Source: an uncultured Nitrospiraceae bacterium (GTDB lineage: Bacteria; Nitrospirota; Thermodesulfovibrionia; Thermodesulfovibrionales; Dissulfurispiraceae). From it: a stretch of 64,000 nt of DNA. The translations under genes were made by a program, and so were the position numbers. The stretch is from assembly GCA_963727805.1 (NCBI GenBank), contig CAVSHF010000005.1, forward strand, positions 640,001-704,000, read 5' to 3'. Position 1 is the stretch's first letter, and the number at the start of each line of letters is the position of its first letter. Below the pieces are notes generated by a model. That model had not been told where the DNA came from. It saw only the letters and a program-made list of their open reading frames with translations, and ran no database searches. Positions 49,803-63,267 of this stretch are shown here, in pieces.

Positions 49803-51110
49803 CTATCCCTTTCTCCCCTTAATTCTTCCCTTTTTAAGAAAACCCTCGTAGGACCTGGTAACGAGGTGTGATTCTATCTGAGAGACGGTATCGAGTGCCA
49901 CACCGACAGCAATTAGCAGGGAGGTGCCGCCGAAATAAAAAGGCACATTAAACCGGGTGATGAGCAACTCCGGCAAAATACAAACTGTAGAGAGATAAAC
50001 AGCGCCGACGAAGGTGAGCCTTGTCAGAACGCGATAGATATACTCCGAGGTTTTCTGTCCGGGTCGAATACCAGGGATGAAACCTCCATGCTTCTGAAGG
50101 TTTTCAGCAATATCGACGGGATTAAAGATTACGGCAGTATAGAAATATGCGAAAAAGAATATTAGGCCTACGTAAAGCATCGAATGAAAAATCGTACCGA
50201 AGGAAAGCTGTTTTGCTACAGCCTGCACCCATGGGATTCCGATAAACCCTGCAATCGTCGCCGGAAACATAATAATCGAAGAGGCAAAAATCGGCGGGAT
50301 CACGCCGGCAGTATTGATCTTTAACGGAAGATGGGTACTCTGACCTCCGAACATCCTCTTTCCGATAATCCTTTTTGCATATTGCACCGGAATCTTCCGC
50401 TGGCCCCGCTCGATGAAGATGATTCCACCGACAACACCGATCATCATCGCCGCAAGGAAAATGACAAAAAAGATTGAAAGTTCCCCGGCCCTGACAAGCT
50501 GGAATGTCTGAACAATAGCATTTGGAAATCGCGCTACTATTCCGGCAAAGATGATGAGTGAAATACCGTTGCCTATGCCCCTCTCAGTAATCTGCTCGCC
50601 GAGCCACATAAGAAAGGCCGTTCCCGAGGTTAAGGTGATCATCGTAAGAATCCTGAATGCCCAGCCCGGATTCTGAATGAACTGTCCACCCCCCATGCTT
50701 TCGAGCCCAATCGCGATTCCGATGGATTGAATTGCTGCAATAACCACTGTCGCATATCGCGTATATTTGACAATCTTCTTGCGTCCCGCATCTCCTTCCT
50801 TGGCCAGCTTTCCCAAGGCAGGAATGACGACCGTCAGGAGTTGGAAGATAATAGATGCACTGATGTAGGGCATAATACCTAGCGCAAGGACCGTCATCTG
50901 CGAAAGAGCGCCTCCGGAGAACATATCGAAGAAGCCCATCATCGCCCCGCCCTTTGCCGTTAGGAATTTGCTCAACTCGGCGCCGTTAATGCCGGGGGTA
51001 GGGATGTGAGCACCGATTCTGTAAACCGCGAGAAGTCCCAGAGTAAAAAGGACCCTGTTCTTCAACTCCGGAATCTTAAATATATTGCGGATACTGTTGA
51101 CGACGCCCAA
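49803..51110 (-). CDS. secY: preprotein translocase subunit SecY
   Basis: LGIMPYISASII, GIGNGISLIIF, IPGIRPG, FGGTSLLI; start uncertain (TTG 51110). Confidence 0.96.
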   Translation of the reverse strand: MGVVNSIRNIFKIPELKNRVLFTLGLLAVYRIGAHIPTPGINGAELSKFLTAKGGAMMGFFDMFSGGALSQMTVLALGIMPYISASIIFQLLTVVIPALGKLAKEGDAGRKKIVKYTRYATVVIAAIQSIGIAIGLESMGGGQFIQNPGWAFRILTMITLTSGTAFLMWLGEQITERGIGNGISLIIFAGIVARFPNAIVQTFQLVRAGELSIFFVIFLAAMMIGVVGGIIFIERGQRKIPVQYAKRIIGKRMFGGQSTHLPLKINTAGVIPPIFASSIIMFPATIAGFIGIPWVQAVAKQLSFGTIFHSMLYVGLIFFFAYFYTAVIFNPVDIAENLQKHGGFIPGIRPGQKTSEYIYRVLTRLTFVGAVYLSTVCILPELLITRFNVPFYFGGTSLLIAVGVALDTVSQIESHLVTRSYEGFLKKGRIKGRKG

Positions 51111-51111
51111 G

Positions 51112-51552
51112 TTATAATACCTCTGCCTTGCCGCCAGCAGCGTTGATCTTTTCGATGGCGGCTGCACTGAACGCGTGAGCCTGGATTGTTATCGGCCTGC
51201 TAAGCGTACCCCCGCCGAGAATTTTAATTCCTGATTTGGGATCCTTGACCATCCGCGTTTTGATGAGAATTTCCGGAGTTATGATATCGTCGTTCACCCG
51301 GTCGAAGTCGCTGAGATTTAGAATTGCATAATCTTTCTTAAACGGATAATTCTTAAAGCCCCTCTTGGGAAGTCTCCTTTGGAGCGGCGTCTGGCCGCCT
51401 TCGAAAGATGGACCCTTGGTACCGCCCGATCTGGCCTTCTGTCCCTTATGTCCTTTGGTGGCGGTCTTGCCGTGCCCGGACCCCATGCCGCGGCCTATCC
51501 GCTTGGGCTTCTTAGTGCTCCCTGCCGCCGGGGTAAGATCCTGTATCTTCAT
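51112..51552 (-). CDS. rplO: 50S ribosomal protein L15
   Basis: RIGRGMGSGHGKT; FEGGQTPLQRRLPKRGF. Confidence 0.98.
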   Translation of the reverse strand: MKIQDLTPAAGSTKKPKRIGRGMGSGHGKTATKGHKGQKARSGGTKGPSFEGGQTPLQRRLPKRGFKNYPFKKDYAILNLSDFDRVNDDIITPEILIKTRMVKDPKSGIKILGGGTLSRPITIQAHAFSAAAIEKINAAGGKAEVL

Positions 51553-51623
51553 AAGTACCTTATTCCTCCTGATTCAATTGCTCATTACAATATTTGTTAA
51601 CAGCTCGGACCGCTACCGTCGAA

Positions 51624-52148
51624 CTATTGATTTGCTTCTTCTAATGCTGGCTCTTCCTCAGCCTTCCCCCTCATCTTCAGGACTACGTCAGGGTCTTTGA
51701 GATTAGAAAGTCCATCGAGGGTCGCCTTTACGCTATTGAATGGGTTATGTCCTCCAAGGGATTTTGCAACAACATCCTGCACACCAGCCACTTCGAATAC
51801 CGCGCGCACTGCCCCGCCGGCTATAAGACCGGTACCCTTTGGTGCGGGGTTCATCACCACAGAGTTAGAACCGTACCTGCCGATGATTCGATGAGTAAGC
51901 GTACCCTCTTTCAAGGGAAACCGGATCAGCCTTTTCTTCGCCTGTTCTACGGCCTTTCTTATCGCCTCGGGGACTTCGGCAGCCTTGCCTTTGCCGATGC
52001 CAACGATGCCACCTTCATTGCCGACGACCACAAGGGCGCTGAATGAAAACCGCCTGCCTCCTTTGACAACCTTTGCAACCCTGTTTATGTAAACAACCTT
52101 GTCTTTTAGTGTAAGTCCCTCGGGGTCTATCCTTTCCGTCTTCACCAT
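51624..52148 (-). CDS. rpsE: 30S ribosomal protein S5
   Basis: [31 protein letters not shown]. Confidence 0.98.
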   Translation of the reverse strand: MVKTERIDPEGLTLKDKVVYINRVAKVVKGGRRFSFSALVVVGNEGGIVGIGKGKAAEVPEAIRKAVEQAKKRLIRFPLKEGTLTHRIIGRYGSNSVVMNPAPKGTGLIAGGAVRAVFEVAGVQDVVAKSLGGHNPFNSVKATLDGLSNLKDPDVVLKMRGKAEEEPALEEANQ

Positions 52149-52179
52149 ACCTCCTAAACAATAAATTCAAGTATTAAAT

Positions 52180-52241
52180 CTCAAAATTCAAAACTATCGG
52201 TTATATTCCGCATTTTTGACTTTCGAGTTTTGAATTTTGAG
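52180..52241. repeat. 16-bp perfect inverted repeat built from heptamer-like units
   Basis: CTCAAAATTCAAAACT (52180-52195) / AGTTTTGAATTTTGAG (52226-52241) in the rplR-rpsE spacer. Confidence 0.8.
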
Positions 52242-52243
52242 TT

Positions 52244-52603
52244 TTAAAACTCAAGTCCAGCTTCTCGTGATCCTTCGGCCAAAGCCTTGATAGAACCATG
52301 GTATCGGTACCCGCTCCTATCAAACACAACCTTCTTGATGCCGGCTGCCACGGCTTTTGCCGCAATCATTTGCCCTACTTTCTTCGCAGCCTCGATATTT
52401 CCTTTATGGCCTTCTGTTGCCTTTATCTCTTTATCAAGAGTCGAAGTGGCAACCAAGGTTACCCCTTTTGTGTCGTCAATGATCTGGGCATATACATTGT
52501 TCAGGCTCCTATATACGCTAAGTCTTGGCCTATCCGCTGTCCCCGAAACCTGTTTTCTTATTCTTTCGTGTCTTCTCTCTTTACCGATTTTCTTCGCAAT
52601 CAC
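52244..52603 (-). CDS. rplR: 50S ribosomal protein L18
   Basis: [25 protein letters not shown]. Confidence 0.97.
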   Translation of the reverse strand: MIAKKIGKERRHERIRKQVSGTADRPRLSVYRSLNNVYAQIIDDTKGVTLVATSTLDKEIKATEGHKGNIEAAKKVGQMIAAKAVAAGIKKVVFDRSGYRYHGSIKALAEGSREAGLEF

Positions 52604-52618
52604 CCGCGCACCTCCTCA

Positions 52619-53161
52619 TTACTTCTTGCCTGTCTTGCCAGCTTTCAGCTTGATCCTTTCGCCGACGAACCGGACACCTTTGCCTTTGTAAACATCAGGC
52701 GCCCTGAGCTTCCTGATATTCGCGGCCACCTGGCCAAGAAGCTGCTTTTCGATACCGCTCAGTGTAATCGACGTCATCTTGTCGTCCGTCACCGCCACAA
52801 TGCCCGTAGGAAGTTCGAACTCGATGGGATGAGAGTAGCCGAGGGTAAAGGTTATTTTATTGCCCTTCGCCTGGGCCCTGTAACCGACACCCTTTATTTC
52901 AAGCTGCCTTTTGTAACCCTGCGAAACGCCGCTTACCATGTTAGCAACGAGGCTCCTCACGAGACCGTGGAGTGCTCGGTCTTTCTGCAGATCGGTGTTC
53001 CTCTCGACAATTACCTTGCCGCTGTCGATGGATGCCTTAATTCCCTCCGGGAAAGAATAACTCAGTTCACCCAAAGGGCCTTTTACCTTGACAATGCTCT
53101 CCTTGATGTCGACGTTTACCGCCTGCGGTATATCTATCGGTTTTCTGCCAATCCTTGACAT
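52619..53161 (-). CDS. rplF: 50S ribosomal protein L6
   Basis: MSRIGRKPI; GVGYRA; LGYSHP; YKGKG. Confidence 0.97.
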   Translation of the reverse strand: MSRIGRKPIDIPQAVNVDIKESIVKVKGPLGELSYSFPEGIKASIDSGKVIVERNTDLQKDRALHGLVRSLVANMVSGVSQGYKRQLEIKGVGYRAQAKGNKITFTLGYSHPIEFELPTGIVAVTDDKMTSITLSGIEKQLLGQVAANIRKLRAPDVYKGKGVRFVGERIKLKAGKTGKK

Positions 53162-53171
53162 CTCAGTCTCC

Positions 53172-53567
53172 TTACCAAATATAGCATAGAACTTCGCCGC
53201 CCACACCTTCGCGGCGACATGTCTTATCGGTCACAATACCCTTGGGTGTGGTCACGATGGCAATTCCCATCCCTCCCACAACACTGGGCACTTCATCTTT
53301 TCCAACATACACCCTTCTGCCTGGCTTGCTGATTCTTTTAAGGCCTTCAACTATGGGGCGGTTATCCTGGGTGTACTTGAGCGTCACCCTCAAAATGCCC
53401 TGTTTTTTGTCCTTTATTATCTTGTAGGATTTAATAAATCCCTCTTCCTTCATTATCTTAGCTATCTCGACCTTCAATCGGGACGCGGGAATATCCACCT
53501 TTTCCGCCTTGATCAGAACCGAATTTCTTATACGAGTCAACATGTCTGCTATGGGATCCGTCATCAT
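53172..53567 (-). CDS. rpsH: 30S ribosomal protein S8
   Basis: [32 protein letters not shown]. Confidence 0.98.
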   Translation of the reverse strand: MMTDPIADMLTRIRNSVLIKAEKVDIPASRLKVEIAKIMKEEGFIKSYKIIKDKKQGILRVTLKYTQDNRPIVEGLKRISKPGRRVYVGKDEVPSVVGGMGIAIVTTPKGIVTDKTCRREGVGGEVLCYIW

Positions 53568-53580
53568 TATTCAAATACCT

Positions 53581-53766
53581 CTACCAGCTTGATTTTGTTA
53601 CGCCCGGAATCTGACCTTTTAGGGAAAGGAGCCGGAAGCATATCCTGCACATTCCGAATTTCCTGATGTACGCTCTAGGCCTACCGCACACCTTGCACCT
53701 ATTGTGGGCTCTGACGGCAAATTTCGGCGGCCTCTTAGATTTTTCTATCATGCATGTCTTTGCCAC
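53581..53766 (-). CDS. rpsN: 30S ribosomal protein S14 (Zn-binding type Z)
   Basis: [23 protein letters not shown], 61 aa. Confidence 0.97.
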   Translation of the reverse strand: MAKTCMIEKSKRPPKFAVRAHNRCKVCGRPRAYIRKFGMCRICFRLLSLKGQIPGVTKSSW

Positions 53767-53776
53767 AAAATCCTCC

Positions 53777-54319
53777 TTATCGCCTGAAGGGCATGCCGAA
53801 TTCTTTCAACAGCGCCCTGCTCTCTTCATCCGTTTTCGCCGAAGTGCAGATGTTTATATCCAGACCATGCACCATTTCGACTTTATCATAGTCTATTTCC
53901 GGGAATATGTATTGCTCCTTCAACCCAAAGGAGTAATTGCCTCTTCCATCGAATGATTTCGTCGAAAGGCCTCGGAAATCGCGAATCCTCGGCAAGGCCA
54001 CGCTAATAAGCCTATCAAGAAATTCAAACATCCTGTCGCCCCGCAAGGTAACTTTGCAGCCAAGGGGCACATTTTCCTTGAGCTTGAATCCTGCGATAGC
54101 CTTCTTCGACTTAGTAACAAGAGCTTTCTGACCGGTAATAGCTGCGATCTCCTTTACGGCTGCATCGAGAAGTTTGATGTTTTGAGTCGCTTCACCCATA
54201 GTTACATGAACGATGATCTTTTCAAGCTTGGGCACCTGCATGACGTTCTTGTATGCAAAAGCTTTCGTCAGCGAAGATATGATGTCATTATGATACTTCT
54301 GTCTGAGTCGCGCTGCCAT
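53777..54319 (-). CDS. rplE: 50S ribosomal protein L5
   Basis: [26 protein letters not shown]. Confidence 0.97.
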   Translation of the reverse strand: MAARLRQKYHNDIISSLTKAFAYKNVMQVPKLEKIIVHVTMGEATQNIKLLDAAVKEIAAITGQKALVTKSKKAIAGFKLKENVPLGCKVTLRGDRMFEFLDRLISVALPRIRDFRGLSTKSFDGRGNYSFGLKEQYIFPEIDYDKVEMVHGLDINICTSAKTDEESRALLKEFGMPFRR

Positions 54320-54321
54320 GC

Positions 54322-54639
54322 TCAGTCTATGACCTCCTTGCATTTCTTGCATGTCCTCTGCTTCTTACCGTCTCCGAGGACCGTAACTCCGATCCGAGTG
54401 GGCTTGCTGCATTTGGGGCATACAAGCATGGTATTGGATATATGTAAAGGGGCTTCCTTTTCGATAATGCCGCCCTGTGTGAATGTCTTATTCGGTTTCT
54501 GATGTTTCTTTATTTTGTTGACTCCCTCGACAATGAGCCTCTGATCCGCCGGTATCACCGAGAGCACGCGCCCCTTCGCACCCTTATTCTTTCCTGCGAT
54601 TACTATCGCCGTGTCTCCCTTTTTTATCCTTAACCCCAC
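54322..54639 (-). CDS. rplX: 50S ribosomal protein L24
   Basis: IKKGDTx[20 protein letters not shown]. Confidence 0.97.
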   Translation of the reverse strand: MGLRIKKGDTAIVIAGKNKGAKGRVLSVIPADQRLIVEGVNKIKKHQKPNKTFTQGGIIEKEAPLHISNTMLVCPKCSKPTRIGVTVLGDGKKQRTCKKCKEVID

Positions 54640-54651
54640 TTTATCCTCCCG

Positions 54652-55020
54652 CTAAATCACTTCCGGCGCAAGGGAGATGATCTTCATGAAATCCTTCCAT
54701 CTGAGCTCCCTTGCAACAGGACCGAAAATTCTTGTTCCTATGGGCTCCATCTGAGCATTGATGAGCACCACCGCATTCTGGTCAAACCTTATATATGAGC
54801 CGTCGGGCCTTCTCGTTTCTTTTTTTGTCCTGACAATGACACCCTTCTGCACCGTACCTTTCTTAACGGTACCGTCGGGAAGTGCCTCCTTAACAGCCAC
54901 GACAACGATATCTCCTAGCCTGGCATATCTCCGCCTCGATCCTCCAAGTACCCGTATGCACTGAACTCTTTTAGCTCCTGAATTGTCAGCCACCTCAAGC
55001 ATGCTCTGCGTCTGTATCAT
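54652..55020 (-). CDS. rplN: 50S ribosomal protein L14
   Basis: [29 protein letters not shown]. Confidence 0.98.
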   Translation of the reverse strand: MIQTQSMLEVADNSGAKRVQCIRVLGGSRRRYARLGDIVVVAVKEALPDGTVKKGTVQKGVIVRTKKETRRPDGSYIRFDQNAVVLINAQMEPIGTRIFGPVARELRWKDFMKIISLAPEVI

Positions 55021-55022
55021 GG

Positions 55023-55271
55023 CTATCTATCCCCACTTTCCATGATTTTGATCACTTCCCACCTCTTGTCCTTGCTCAGGGGCCTGCTCTCGATAATCTG
55101 CACCTTATCGCCCATCTGGCACTTGTTTTCTTCGTCATGGGCTTTAAACTTCGTAATCTTTTTGACTGTCTTCTTGTAGAGAGGATGCTGAAATGTCCTC
55201 GTCACCGCCACGACCACAGTCTTGTCCATCTTGTCACTTACAACTTTACCCGAATATATTTTTTTAGGCAT
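55023..55271 (-). CDS. rpsQ: 30S ribosomal protein S17
   Basis: [25 protein letters not shown]. Confidence 0.97.
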   Translation of the reverse strand: MPKKIYSGKVVSDKMDKTVVVAVTRTFQHPLYKKTVKKITKFKAHDEENKCQMGDKVQIIESRPLSKDKRWEVIKIMESGDR

Positions 55272-55494
55272 TTCCCGCACCCCTCTTCGCAGCCTCACCT
55301 GTTGCCGCTCTCTCTTTCTCGGTGATGATCGTCAGGACCCTCGCGATGTCCTTACGGACCGCCTGAACTCTCATATTATTCTCAAGTTCGCCCTTGGAGA
55401 GCTGGAACTTCAGGTTGAAGAGCTCTTTTCTAAAATCCAGTTCCTTTTGCTTCAATTCATCAACAGAGAGTGCTCTCAATTCAGAGGTCTTCAT
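55264..55494 (-). CDS. rpmC: 50S ribosomal protein L29
   Basis: [18 protein letters not shown]. Confidence 0.96.
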   Translation of the reverse strand: MKTSELRALSVDELKQKELDFRKELFNLKFQLSKGELENNMRVQAVRKDIARVLTIITEKERAATGEAAKRGAGNA

Positions 55495-55910
55495 GATGCA
55501 ACCTCCTCACGCCTTACGAATCTCATGTGGATCGGAAGCTTCTTTGATGCTAATTCGAAAGCCTCCTTAGCAAGCTGCTCGCTGATGCCCGAGACCTCAT
55601 AGATAACCCTTCCCGGCTTCACCACAGCCACCCAAAATTCCGGGTTGCCCTTACCTTTACCCATTCTCGTTTCCGCAGGCTTGCGGGTGATGGGCTTGTC
55701 GGGAAAGAGGCGTATCCAGAGCTTGCAACCCTTCTTGGCATGCCTCGTAATGGCTACCCTCGCCGATTCGATCTGGCGGCTCGTTATCCACCCAGGCTCC
55801 ATGGCCTTCAGCCCATACTCTCCAAAGGAAACATCGGAGCCCTTGTAGGCCTTGCCCCTCATATTTCCTTTCATCGTCTTCCTAAATTTAACTTTCTTTG
55901 GCGCTAACAT
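55491..55910 (-). CDS. rplP: 50S ribosomal protein L16
   Basis: [24 protein letters not shown]. Confidence 0.98.
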   Translation of the reverse strand: MLAPKKVKFRKTMKGNMRGKAYKGSDVSFGEYGLKAMEPGWITSRQIESARVAITRHAKKGCKLWIRLFPDKPITRKPAETRMGKGKGNPEFWVAVVKPGRVIYEVSGISEQLAKEAFELASKKLPIHMRFVRREEVAS

Positions 55911-55911
55911 T

Positions 55912-56568
55912 TCACTCTCCTACCGAAGATGTAACGGTCCGCTCGGGGAGTATATCTCCATGGTATATCCAGACCTTGATACCGATTTTTCCATAAGTCG
56001 TCCTCGCTTCGGTAAATCCGTAATCAACATCGGCTCTGAAGGTACTGAGGGGCACCCTGCCTTCCCTGTACCATTCGGTCCTCGCAATTTCGGCCCCGGC
56101 AAGCCTGCCAGCGCACTGAACCTTAATGCCGAGCGCTCCGAACCTCATACCCGACGAGACCGCCCGCTTCAGGGCACGCCTGAAGGCAACCCTTTTTTCT
56201 AGCTGGAGTGCAATATTTTCCGCGACGAGCTGCGCGTCGAGTTCGGGCTTCCTGACTTCCTTTATATCGATGGCAACTTGTTTCCCTGTATAAGCCTCGA
56301 TCTCCTTCTTAAGCTTCTCTACCTCGGCACCCTTCTTCCCGATTATAATGCCGGGGCGGGCCGTATGTATGATGACTTTCACTTTCTGCCCAGGCCTTTC
56401 TATCTCAATTTTCGAGACACCGGCATGAAAGAGCTTTTCCTTTATCAACTTCCGGACGTTGAGGTCCTCCAAGAGTTGAGCCGCATACCCTCTCTTTAGG
56501 AACCAGCGCGAATCCCATGTGCGCGTGATACCAAGCCTGTTTCCTATCGGAATCGTCTTCTGTCCCAA
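55912..56568 (-). CDS. rpsC: 30S ribosomal protein S3
   Basis: [28 protein letters not shown]. Confidence 0.98.
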   Translation of the reverse strand: MGQKTIPIGNRLGITRTWDSRWFLKRGYAAQLLEDLNVRKLIKEKLFHAGVSKIEIERPGQKVKVIIHTARPGIIIGKKGAEVEKLKKEIEAYTGKQVAIDIKEVRKPELDAQLVAENIALQLEKRVAFRRALKRAVSSGMRFGALGIKVQCAGRLAGAEIARTEWYREGRVPLSTFRADVDYGFTEARTTYGKIGIKVWIYHGDILPERTVTSSVGE

Positions 56569-56624
56569 ATCAACACCCCCGTCCGTATATTGTCGCCTTG
56601 ACTGTACTCGGAATCGCTGCCATG

Positions 56625-56960
56625 CTATGCCTCCGAAACCACGATCGTGATATGGCTCGTTCTCTTTTTGATCGTATTGGCCCTGCCCATTGACCGAGGT
56701 TCCATGCGTTTCATGGTCGGGCCCTGATCGACATACGCACCTTTTACCATAAGCTTATCGATATCGAGATGCGTGTTTTTCTGCTCAGCATTGGCCATTG
56801 CTGATTTCAAAACCTTCTCAATTAACCGTGCGCCCCTGTATGGCATGAACCTGAGGTTCACCATTGCTTCGGTGGCTCTTTTGCCCCTGATGAGGTCGAT
56901 GACCCTTCTCGCCTTTCTCGGAGTGATCCGTGCGAATTTCAGTATTGCTTTAGCTTCCAT
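56625..56960 (-). CDS. rplV: 50S ribosomal protein L22
   Basis: [28 protein letters not shown]. Confidence 0.98.
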   Translation of the reverse strand: MEAKAILKFARITPRKARRVIDLIRGKRATEAMVNLRFMPYRGARLIEKVLKSAMANAEQKNTHLDIDKLMVKGAYVDQGPTMKRMEPRSMGRANTIKKRTSHITIVVSEA

Positions 56961-56965
56961 ATCGA

Positions 56966-57247
56966 TTACCCTTTCGATGCCGACTTCTCGGAACCAGAGT
57001 GGCCCTTGAAGGTTCTGGTGGGTGAAAACTCACCCAGTTTATGTCCTACCATATTTTCGGTCACGTATACAGGGATAAACTTTCTCCCGTTATGAACGGC
57101 GAAGGTAAACCCGATAAATTCGGGCACAACGGTCGACCGCCGTGACCATGTCTTGATCATCTTTTTCTCACCCGCCTGCAACATCGTCTGAACTTTCTTC
57201 ATCAGCTTCGGCTCGAAATATGGGCCTTTTTTTAAGGATCTGGGCAC
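56966..57247 (-). CDS. rpsS: 30S ribosomal protein S19
   Basis: [23 protein letters not shown]. Confidence 0.98.
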   Translation of the reverse strand: MPRSLKKGPYFEPKLMKKVQTMLQAGEKKMIKTWSRRSTVVPEFIGFTFAVHNGRKFIPVYVTENMVGHKLGEFSPTRTFKGHSGSEKSASKG

Positions 57248-57256
57248 GTACTCCTC

Positions 57257-58081
57257 CTATTTTTTGCTACGCCTTTTGACGATAAATTTATCGGTTCTCT
57301 TGTTCTTCCTAGTTTTGACGCCTTCGGGCACGCCCCATGGGGTGCACGGTGGACGACCTCCGGAAGACTTTCCCTCGCCTCCGCCCAGCGGATGGTCAAC
57401 AGGGTTCATGGCAACACCTCTCACATGAGGCCTCTTCCCCAGATACCTCTTCCTTCCCGCTTTTCCGTAGGAGATATTTTCGTGCTGCACGTTGCTCACC
57501 TGGCCAATCGTAGCCATGCATGTGGTCATCACAAGCCTTACTTCTCCTGAAGGCATCTTGATCTGCGCATAATCGCCTTCCCTTGCAACTATCTGAGCGG
57601 ATGCTCCTGCGCTTCTGATGAGCTTTCCACCCCCACCGGGCTTAAGTTCAATATTGTGGATCATAGCTCCAAGCGGAATCTCCTTTATCGGCAGGGCATT
57701 CCCGGGCTTTATCTCCGCCGCCGGACCCGACATAACCACATCAGCTACGTTCAAGCCTTCGGCTGCGAGAATATACCGATACTCTCCGTCATTGTAATTC
57801 ACAAGGGCTATCCTAGCTGAGCGGTTTGGATCGTATTCGATGGTCTTGACTGTCGCGGGGATTCCGACTTTGTCCCGCTTAAAATCGATGACCCTCAAGA
57901 TGCGCTTATTGCCGCCGCCCCTCTGCCATGACGTTACTCTTCCAAAACTGTTTCTACCACCCGTCTTTTTTACAGGTTTCGTCAGGCCTTTGTGGGGGCT
58001 ATCGCTCGTAATATCTTTATAATCGGAGGCGGATTGAAACCGCCGTCCTGGTGATGTTGGATTGTATTTTCTTATACCCAT
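57257..58081 (-). CDS. rplB: 50S ribosomal protein L2
   Basis: [25 protein letters not shown]. Confidence 0.98.
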   Translation of the reverse strand: MGIRKYNPTSPGRRFQSASDYKDITSDSPHKGLTKPVKKTGGRNSFGRVTSWQRGGGNKRILRVIDFKRDKVGIPATVKTIEYDPNRSARIALVNYNDGEYRYILAAEGLNVADVVMSGPAAEIKPGNALPIKEIPLGAMIHNIELKPGGGGKLIRSAGASAQIVAREGDYAQIKMPSGEVRLVMTTCMATIGQVSNVQHENISYGKAGRKRYLGKRPHVRGVAMNPVDHPLGGGEGKSSGGRPPCTPWGVPEGVKTRKNKRTDKFIVKRRSKK

Positions 58082-58372
58082 TTAAACACCCTCTATAAAA
58101 TCGAGTTTTTCGCCTTTCTTCAGCGTCACGATTGCCTTTTTCTTGTCGGACCTTTGGCCAAGAAACTTTCCATACCGCTTCATCTTGCCCTTTACTGAGA
58201 CAGTCGCAACCTTCTCGACCTTCACTTTAAAGATCTCCTCCATCGCCTGCTTAATCTCATGTTTGTTGGCGTCGGGGTTCACTTCAATCAAGAGCTTGTT
58301 CTCCCGCTCTTTTATGTCCATGCCCTTTTCGGTAAAGAGTGGCCTTTTTATTACATCATAGATGATTTTCAT
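58082..58372 (-). CDS. rplW: 50S ribosomal protein L23
   Basis: PLFTEK; ANKHEIK; KKAIVTL. Confidence 0.97.
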   Translation of the reverse strand: MKIIYDVIKRPLFTEKGMDIKERENKLLIEVNPDANKHEIKQAMEEIFKVKVEKVATVSVKGKMKRYGKFLGQRSDKKKAIVTLKKGEKLDFIEGV

Positions 58373-59004
58373 CAGGCGCTGACCTCCTCTGGTGCGAGCT
58401 TTTTGATGGCCTCTTCGGTAAAGACCAGCTTGCTGTAGGCAGCTACCTGATAAGCGTTAAGGTCAGAAACTCTCGTCACACCCACGCCCGGTATGTTCCT
58501 GGCTGAAAGGAATACATTCTCGTTATTCTCACTAAGCACAAGGAGTACCGACTGACCGCCGAGTCCAAGGCTATTGAGGATCTTCACCATATCCTTTGTC
58601 CTAGGTTTATCTACGTGGAGCATATCGAGGACCATGATCTCGCTATCAGCAAGCTTCATGGTTAATGCCTTGCAAAGGGCTGCCCTTTTTGCTGCCCTCG
58701 GCATCTTGATTTCGTAGTCTCTGGGTTGTGGACCGAAGATTGTGCCTCCGCCCCTGAAAAGTGGCGAACGACTGCTTCCAGCGCGTGCCCGTCCTGTGCC
58801 CTTCTGCTTATATGGCTTCTTGCCACCACCGCGCACCAGTCCTCGTGTCTTGGTCGCATGGGTACCCTGGCGCTGGTTAGCAAGATGACTCACCACTGCA
58901 GAATGCACGACCGCAGACGAAGCATCATTGTCGAAAACCACTCCAGTCAGACTGATCTTCCCCTTGGTATTGTTATTTATATCCCTGATCTCTATATCAA
59001 TCAT
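58372..59004 (-). CDS. rplD: 50S ribosomal protein L4
   Basis: [34 protein letters not shown]. Confidence 0.98.
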   Translation of the reverse strand: MIDIEIRDINNNTKGKISLTGVVFDNDASSAVVHSAVVSHLANQRQGTHATKTRGLVRGGGKKPYKQKGTGRARAGSSRSPLFRGGGTIFGPQPRDYEIKMPRAAKRAALCKALTMKLADSEIMVLDMLHVDKPRTKDMVKILNSLGLGGQSVLLVLSENNENVFLSARNIPGVGVTRVSDLNAYQVAAYSKLVFTEEAIKKLAPEEVSA

Positions 59005-59009
59005 GGTAT

Positions 59010-59621
59010 TTAATCCTTCCAGATTTCGATTATGGTATTTGGAGCACCCGGGACCGCACCCTTGAGAAGTATAAGGTTCTGATCGGGCATTACCTCAACC
59101 ACTGTGAGGTTTTGTACGGTCACCCTTTCGCTGCCCATATGGCCAGCCATGCGCATACCCCTCCATACCCTTGAAGGGTAAGAGCTCGCCCCGATGGAGC
59201 CCGGCGCTCGGTTGAACATAGAACCGTGACCGCTGGGACCACCCTTGAAATTATGCCTCTTCATTACACCCTGAAAACCCTTTCCCTTAGACGTTCCAGA
59301 AACCGAGACGATATCACCTTTACTAAAATTATCTGCTTTAATCATGTCGCCCACCTTAAGTCCTGGAATGCTGAATTCCTTAAGGTTTTTGAATACCGGC
59401 GTACCAGCCTTTTTGAAGATCCCTGCCATAGGCTTGGTGACATTCTTCATTTTACGGACTTCTCCAAAGCCAACCTTGACCGCCCCATATCCATCCTTTT
59501 CAGGCGTCTTAACCTGGACTACCGTGCAGGGTCCTGCTTCAATCACTGTCACGGGCACAAGCCTGCCGTCTTCCAGATAGACCTGAGTCATGCCGATTTT
59601 CTTGCCCAATATTCCTGTCAT
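59010..59621 (-). CDS. rplC: 50S ribosomal protein L3
   Basis: [22 protein letters not shown]. Confidence 0.98.
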   Translation of the reverse strand: MTGILGKKIGMTQVYLEDGRLVPVTVIEAGPCTVVQVKTPEKDGYGAVKVGFGEVRKMKNVTKPMAGIFKKAGTPVFKNLKEFSIPGLKVGDMIKADNFSKGDIVSVSGTSKGKGFQGVMKRHNFKGGPSGHGSMFNRAPGSIGASSYPSRVWRGMRMAGHMGSERVTVQNLTVVEVMPDQNLILLKGAVPGAPNTIIEIWKD

Positions 59622-59923
59622 AGCTTTATCTCCACATCAACCCCGGAAGCAAGCTCCAGCTTCATTAGCGCGTCAACTGTGTCCGGAGTAGGATCAAAGA
59701 TATCGATGAGTCTCTTGTGAGTCCTGATTTCAAACTGCTCCCTCGATTTTTTGTCCACATGCGGGGACCTCAATACAGTAAACTTGCTTATTTGTGTCGG
59801 AAGAGGAACTGGACCCGATATCCTTGCCCCGGTCCTCGATGCTGTATCAACTATTTCTTTCACAGACTGGTCGAGCAATCTATGATCATATGCTTTTAGT
59901 TTTATTCTTATCTTTTGATTCAC
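59618..59923 (-). CDS. rpsJ: 30S ribosomal protein S10
   Basis: [29 protein letters not shown]. Confidence 0.98.
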   Translation of the reverse strand: MNQKIRIKLKAYDHRLLDQSVKEIVDTASRTGARISGPVPLPTQISKFTVLRSPHVDKKSREQFEIRTHKRLIDIFDPTPDTVDALMKLELASGVDVEIKL

Positions 59924-59927
59924 CGTG

Positions 59928-61127
<1,200 letters not shown>

Positions 61128-61173
61128 TTCTCCTCCTTAGTACCGGTCCGTAAAACTTTTATTACTTTTAAAT

Positions 61174-63252
61174 TTATTCACCTTTTATTTTAGCTACAAT
61201 GCCTTCCATAATGCTTTTGGGGACTTCCTCATAATGGGAGAATTGCATGGTATACGTTGCCCTTCCCTGGGTCTTCGACCTAAGGTCCGTGGCATAGCCA
61301 AACATCTCCGAAAGAGGAACCGAGGCCTTGATCACCTGGGTTTTGCCTCTCTTTTCCATGGATTGAATTTTCCCACGTCTCGAATTCAAATCACCGATGA
61401 CGTCACCCATGTATTCTTCAGGGGTGACGACTTCAACATTCATGACCGGTTCAAGCAGAGCAAGATGAGCCTTTTTCGCCCCATCCTTAAAAGCCATCGA
61501 ACCAGCGATTTTAAAGGCCATTTCAGAGGAGTCAACCTCATGGTACGACCCATCGATAACAGTCACTTTAACATCAACGACAGGATAGCCGGCCAGAACG
61601 CCGCCTTCCATCGCTTCCTTGACGCCCTTTTCGACTGCTGGGACATATTCCCTGGGAATGGAGCCACCCACAACTTTATTGACAAATTCGAAGCCCTTTC
61701 CTCTCTCGAGGGGTTCCATAGTAATCCAGACATGACCATACTGGCCGCGGCCGCCTGATTGCCGGACGAATTTTCCTTCTATCTTGACAGAATTCTTGAT
61801 AGCTTCCTTGTAGGCAACTTGGGGCTTACCTACATTGGCGCCCACCTTAAATTCCCTCATCAGCCGGTCGGTGATAATTTCGAGATGAAGCTCTCCCATT
61901 CCGGAGATGATAGTTTGGCCTGTCTCTTCATTAAAGGAAACCCTGAAGGAAGGATCTTCCTGTGCAAGTTTCGCCAAAGACATCGACAATCTCTCCTGAT
62001 CGGCCTTCGTCTTAGGCTCGATGGCAACCGAGATGACCGGTTCGGGGAATTCCATCAATTCGAGAATAATAGGTTCATTTTCATCGCAGAGGGTGTCGCC
62101 AGTCAAAGTTTGCTTGAGACCCACAATAGCTGCGATATCTCCCGCCCGTACCTCTTTTATCTCCTCCCTCTTGTTCGCATGCATCTGGAGGAGTCTGCCT
62201 ACTCGCTCCTTGACGTCCTTGGTCGAATTATATACGTATGAGCCCGCTGACAGCACACCTGAATACACCCTAGCAAAAACAAGCTGTCCGACATACGGGT
62301 CGGTCATTATCTTGAAGGCAAGAGCCGCAAAAGGCTCACTATCATCAGGCTTTCTCCCGACTTCAGAACCATCAGAAGGTTTTTTCCCAATGACCGGAAG
62401 GATATCGATTGGGGAAGGGAGATAATCGATGACAGCATCGAGAAGCATTTGTACGCCTTTATTCTTGAAGGCAGATCCACAAATAACGGGATTGATTTTC
62501 ATGTCTATCGTTCCCCGCCGGAGCGCCTTCTTGATTTCCTCGGCGGGAATCTCCTCGCCAGCCAAGTACTTTTCCATAATCGTATCGTCAACATCGGAGA
62601 CAGCCTCGATCATCTTATCCCTATATTCCTTCGCCTGCCCCATCAACTCTGAGGGAATTTCATCTTCGATAAATTTTGCACCGAGCGTCTCATCTTCAAA
62701 AAGGTATGCCTTCATTGCAACAAGGTCAATGTGTCCTTTGAATTTTTCTTCCTTCCCGATAGGGATTTGGATAGGGACCGGACGCGCACCGAGTTTCTCT
62801 ACCATCGAATCAACAGCCATAAAAAAGTCGGCACCAACCCTGTCCATCTTATTAAAAAAGGCTATTCTGGGAACACCGTATTTGTTGGCTTGCCGCCAGA
62901 CAGTCTCAGACTGGGGCTCAACTCCGGCCACAGAATCAAAAACAGCAACGGCACCATCGAGCACCCTGAGGGATCGCTCGACCTCTATGGTGAAATCGAC
63001 ATGACCAGGCGTATCAATGATGTTGACTCGGTGATTTTTCCAAGAACACGTCGTAGCGGCCGACGTAATAGTGATTCCACGCTCCTGCTCCTGGGGCATC
63101 CAGTCCATAACAGCTGTGCCGTCGTGAACTTCGCCGATCTTATAAGTGACTCCTGTATAGTAAAGTATGCGTTCAGTTGTGGTAGTCTTGCCGGCATCGA
63201 TGTGGGCCATAATGCCAATATTTCGTGTTTTCTCTAAGGGGAATCTCGACAT
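61174..63252 (-). CDS. fusA: elongation factor G
   Basis: [37 protein letters not shown]. Confidence 0.99.
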   Translation of the reverse strand: MSRFPLEKTRNIGIMAHIDAGKTTTTERILYYTGVTYKIGEVHDGTAVMDWMPQEQERGITITSAATTCSWKNHRVNIIDTPGHVDFTIEVERSLRVLDGAVAVFDSVAGVEPQSETVWRQANKYGVPRIAFFNKMDRVGADFFMAVDSMVEKLGARPVPIQIPIGKEEKFKGHIDLVAMKAYLFEDETLGAKFIEDEIPSELMGQAKEYRDKMIEAVSDVDDTIMEKYLAGEEIPAEEIKKALRRGTIDMKINPVICGSAFKNKGVQMLLDAVIDYLPSPIDILPVIGKKPSDGSEVGRKPDDSEPFAALAFKIMTDPYVGQLVFARVYSGVLSAGSYVYNSTKDVKERVGRLLQMHANKREEIKEVRAGDIAAIVGLKQTLTGDTLCDENEPIILELMEFPEPVISVAIEPKTKADQERLSMSLAKLAQEDPSFRVSFNEETGQTIISGMGELHLEIITDRLMREFKVGANVGKPQVAYKEAIKNSVKIEGKFVRQSGGRGQYGHVWITMEPLERGKGFEFVNKVVGGSIPREYVPAVEKGVKEAMEGGVLAGYPVVDVKVTVIDGSYHEVDSSEMAFKIAGSMAFKDGAKKAHLALLEPVMNVEVVTPEEYMGDVIGDLNSRRGKIQSMEKRGKTQVIKASVPLSEMFGYATDLRSKTQGRATYTMQFSHYEEVPKSIMEGIVAKIKGE

Positions 63253-63267
63253 TAGATATAAACCTTC

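Noticed and set aside
52298..53158. 286-aa plus-strand ORF
   Set aside because: Antisense to rplR and rplF.
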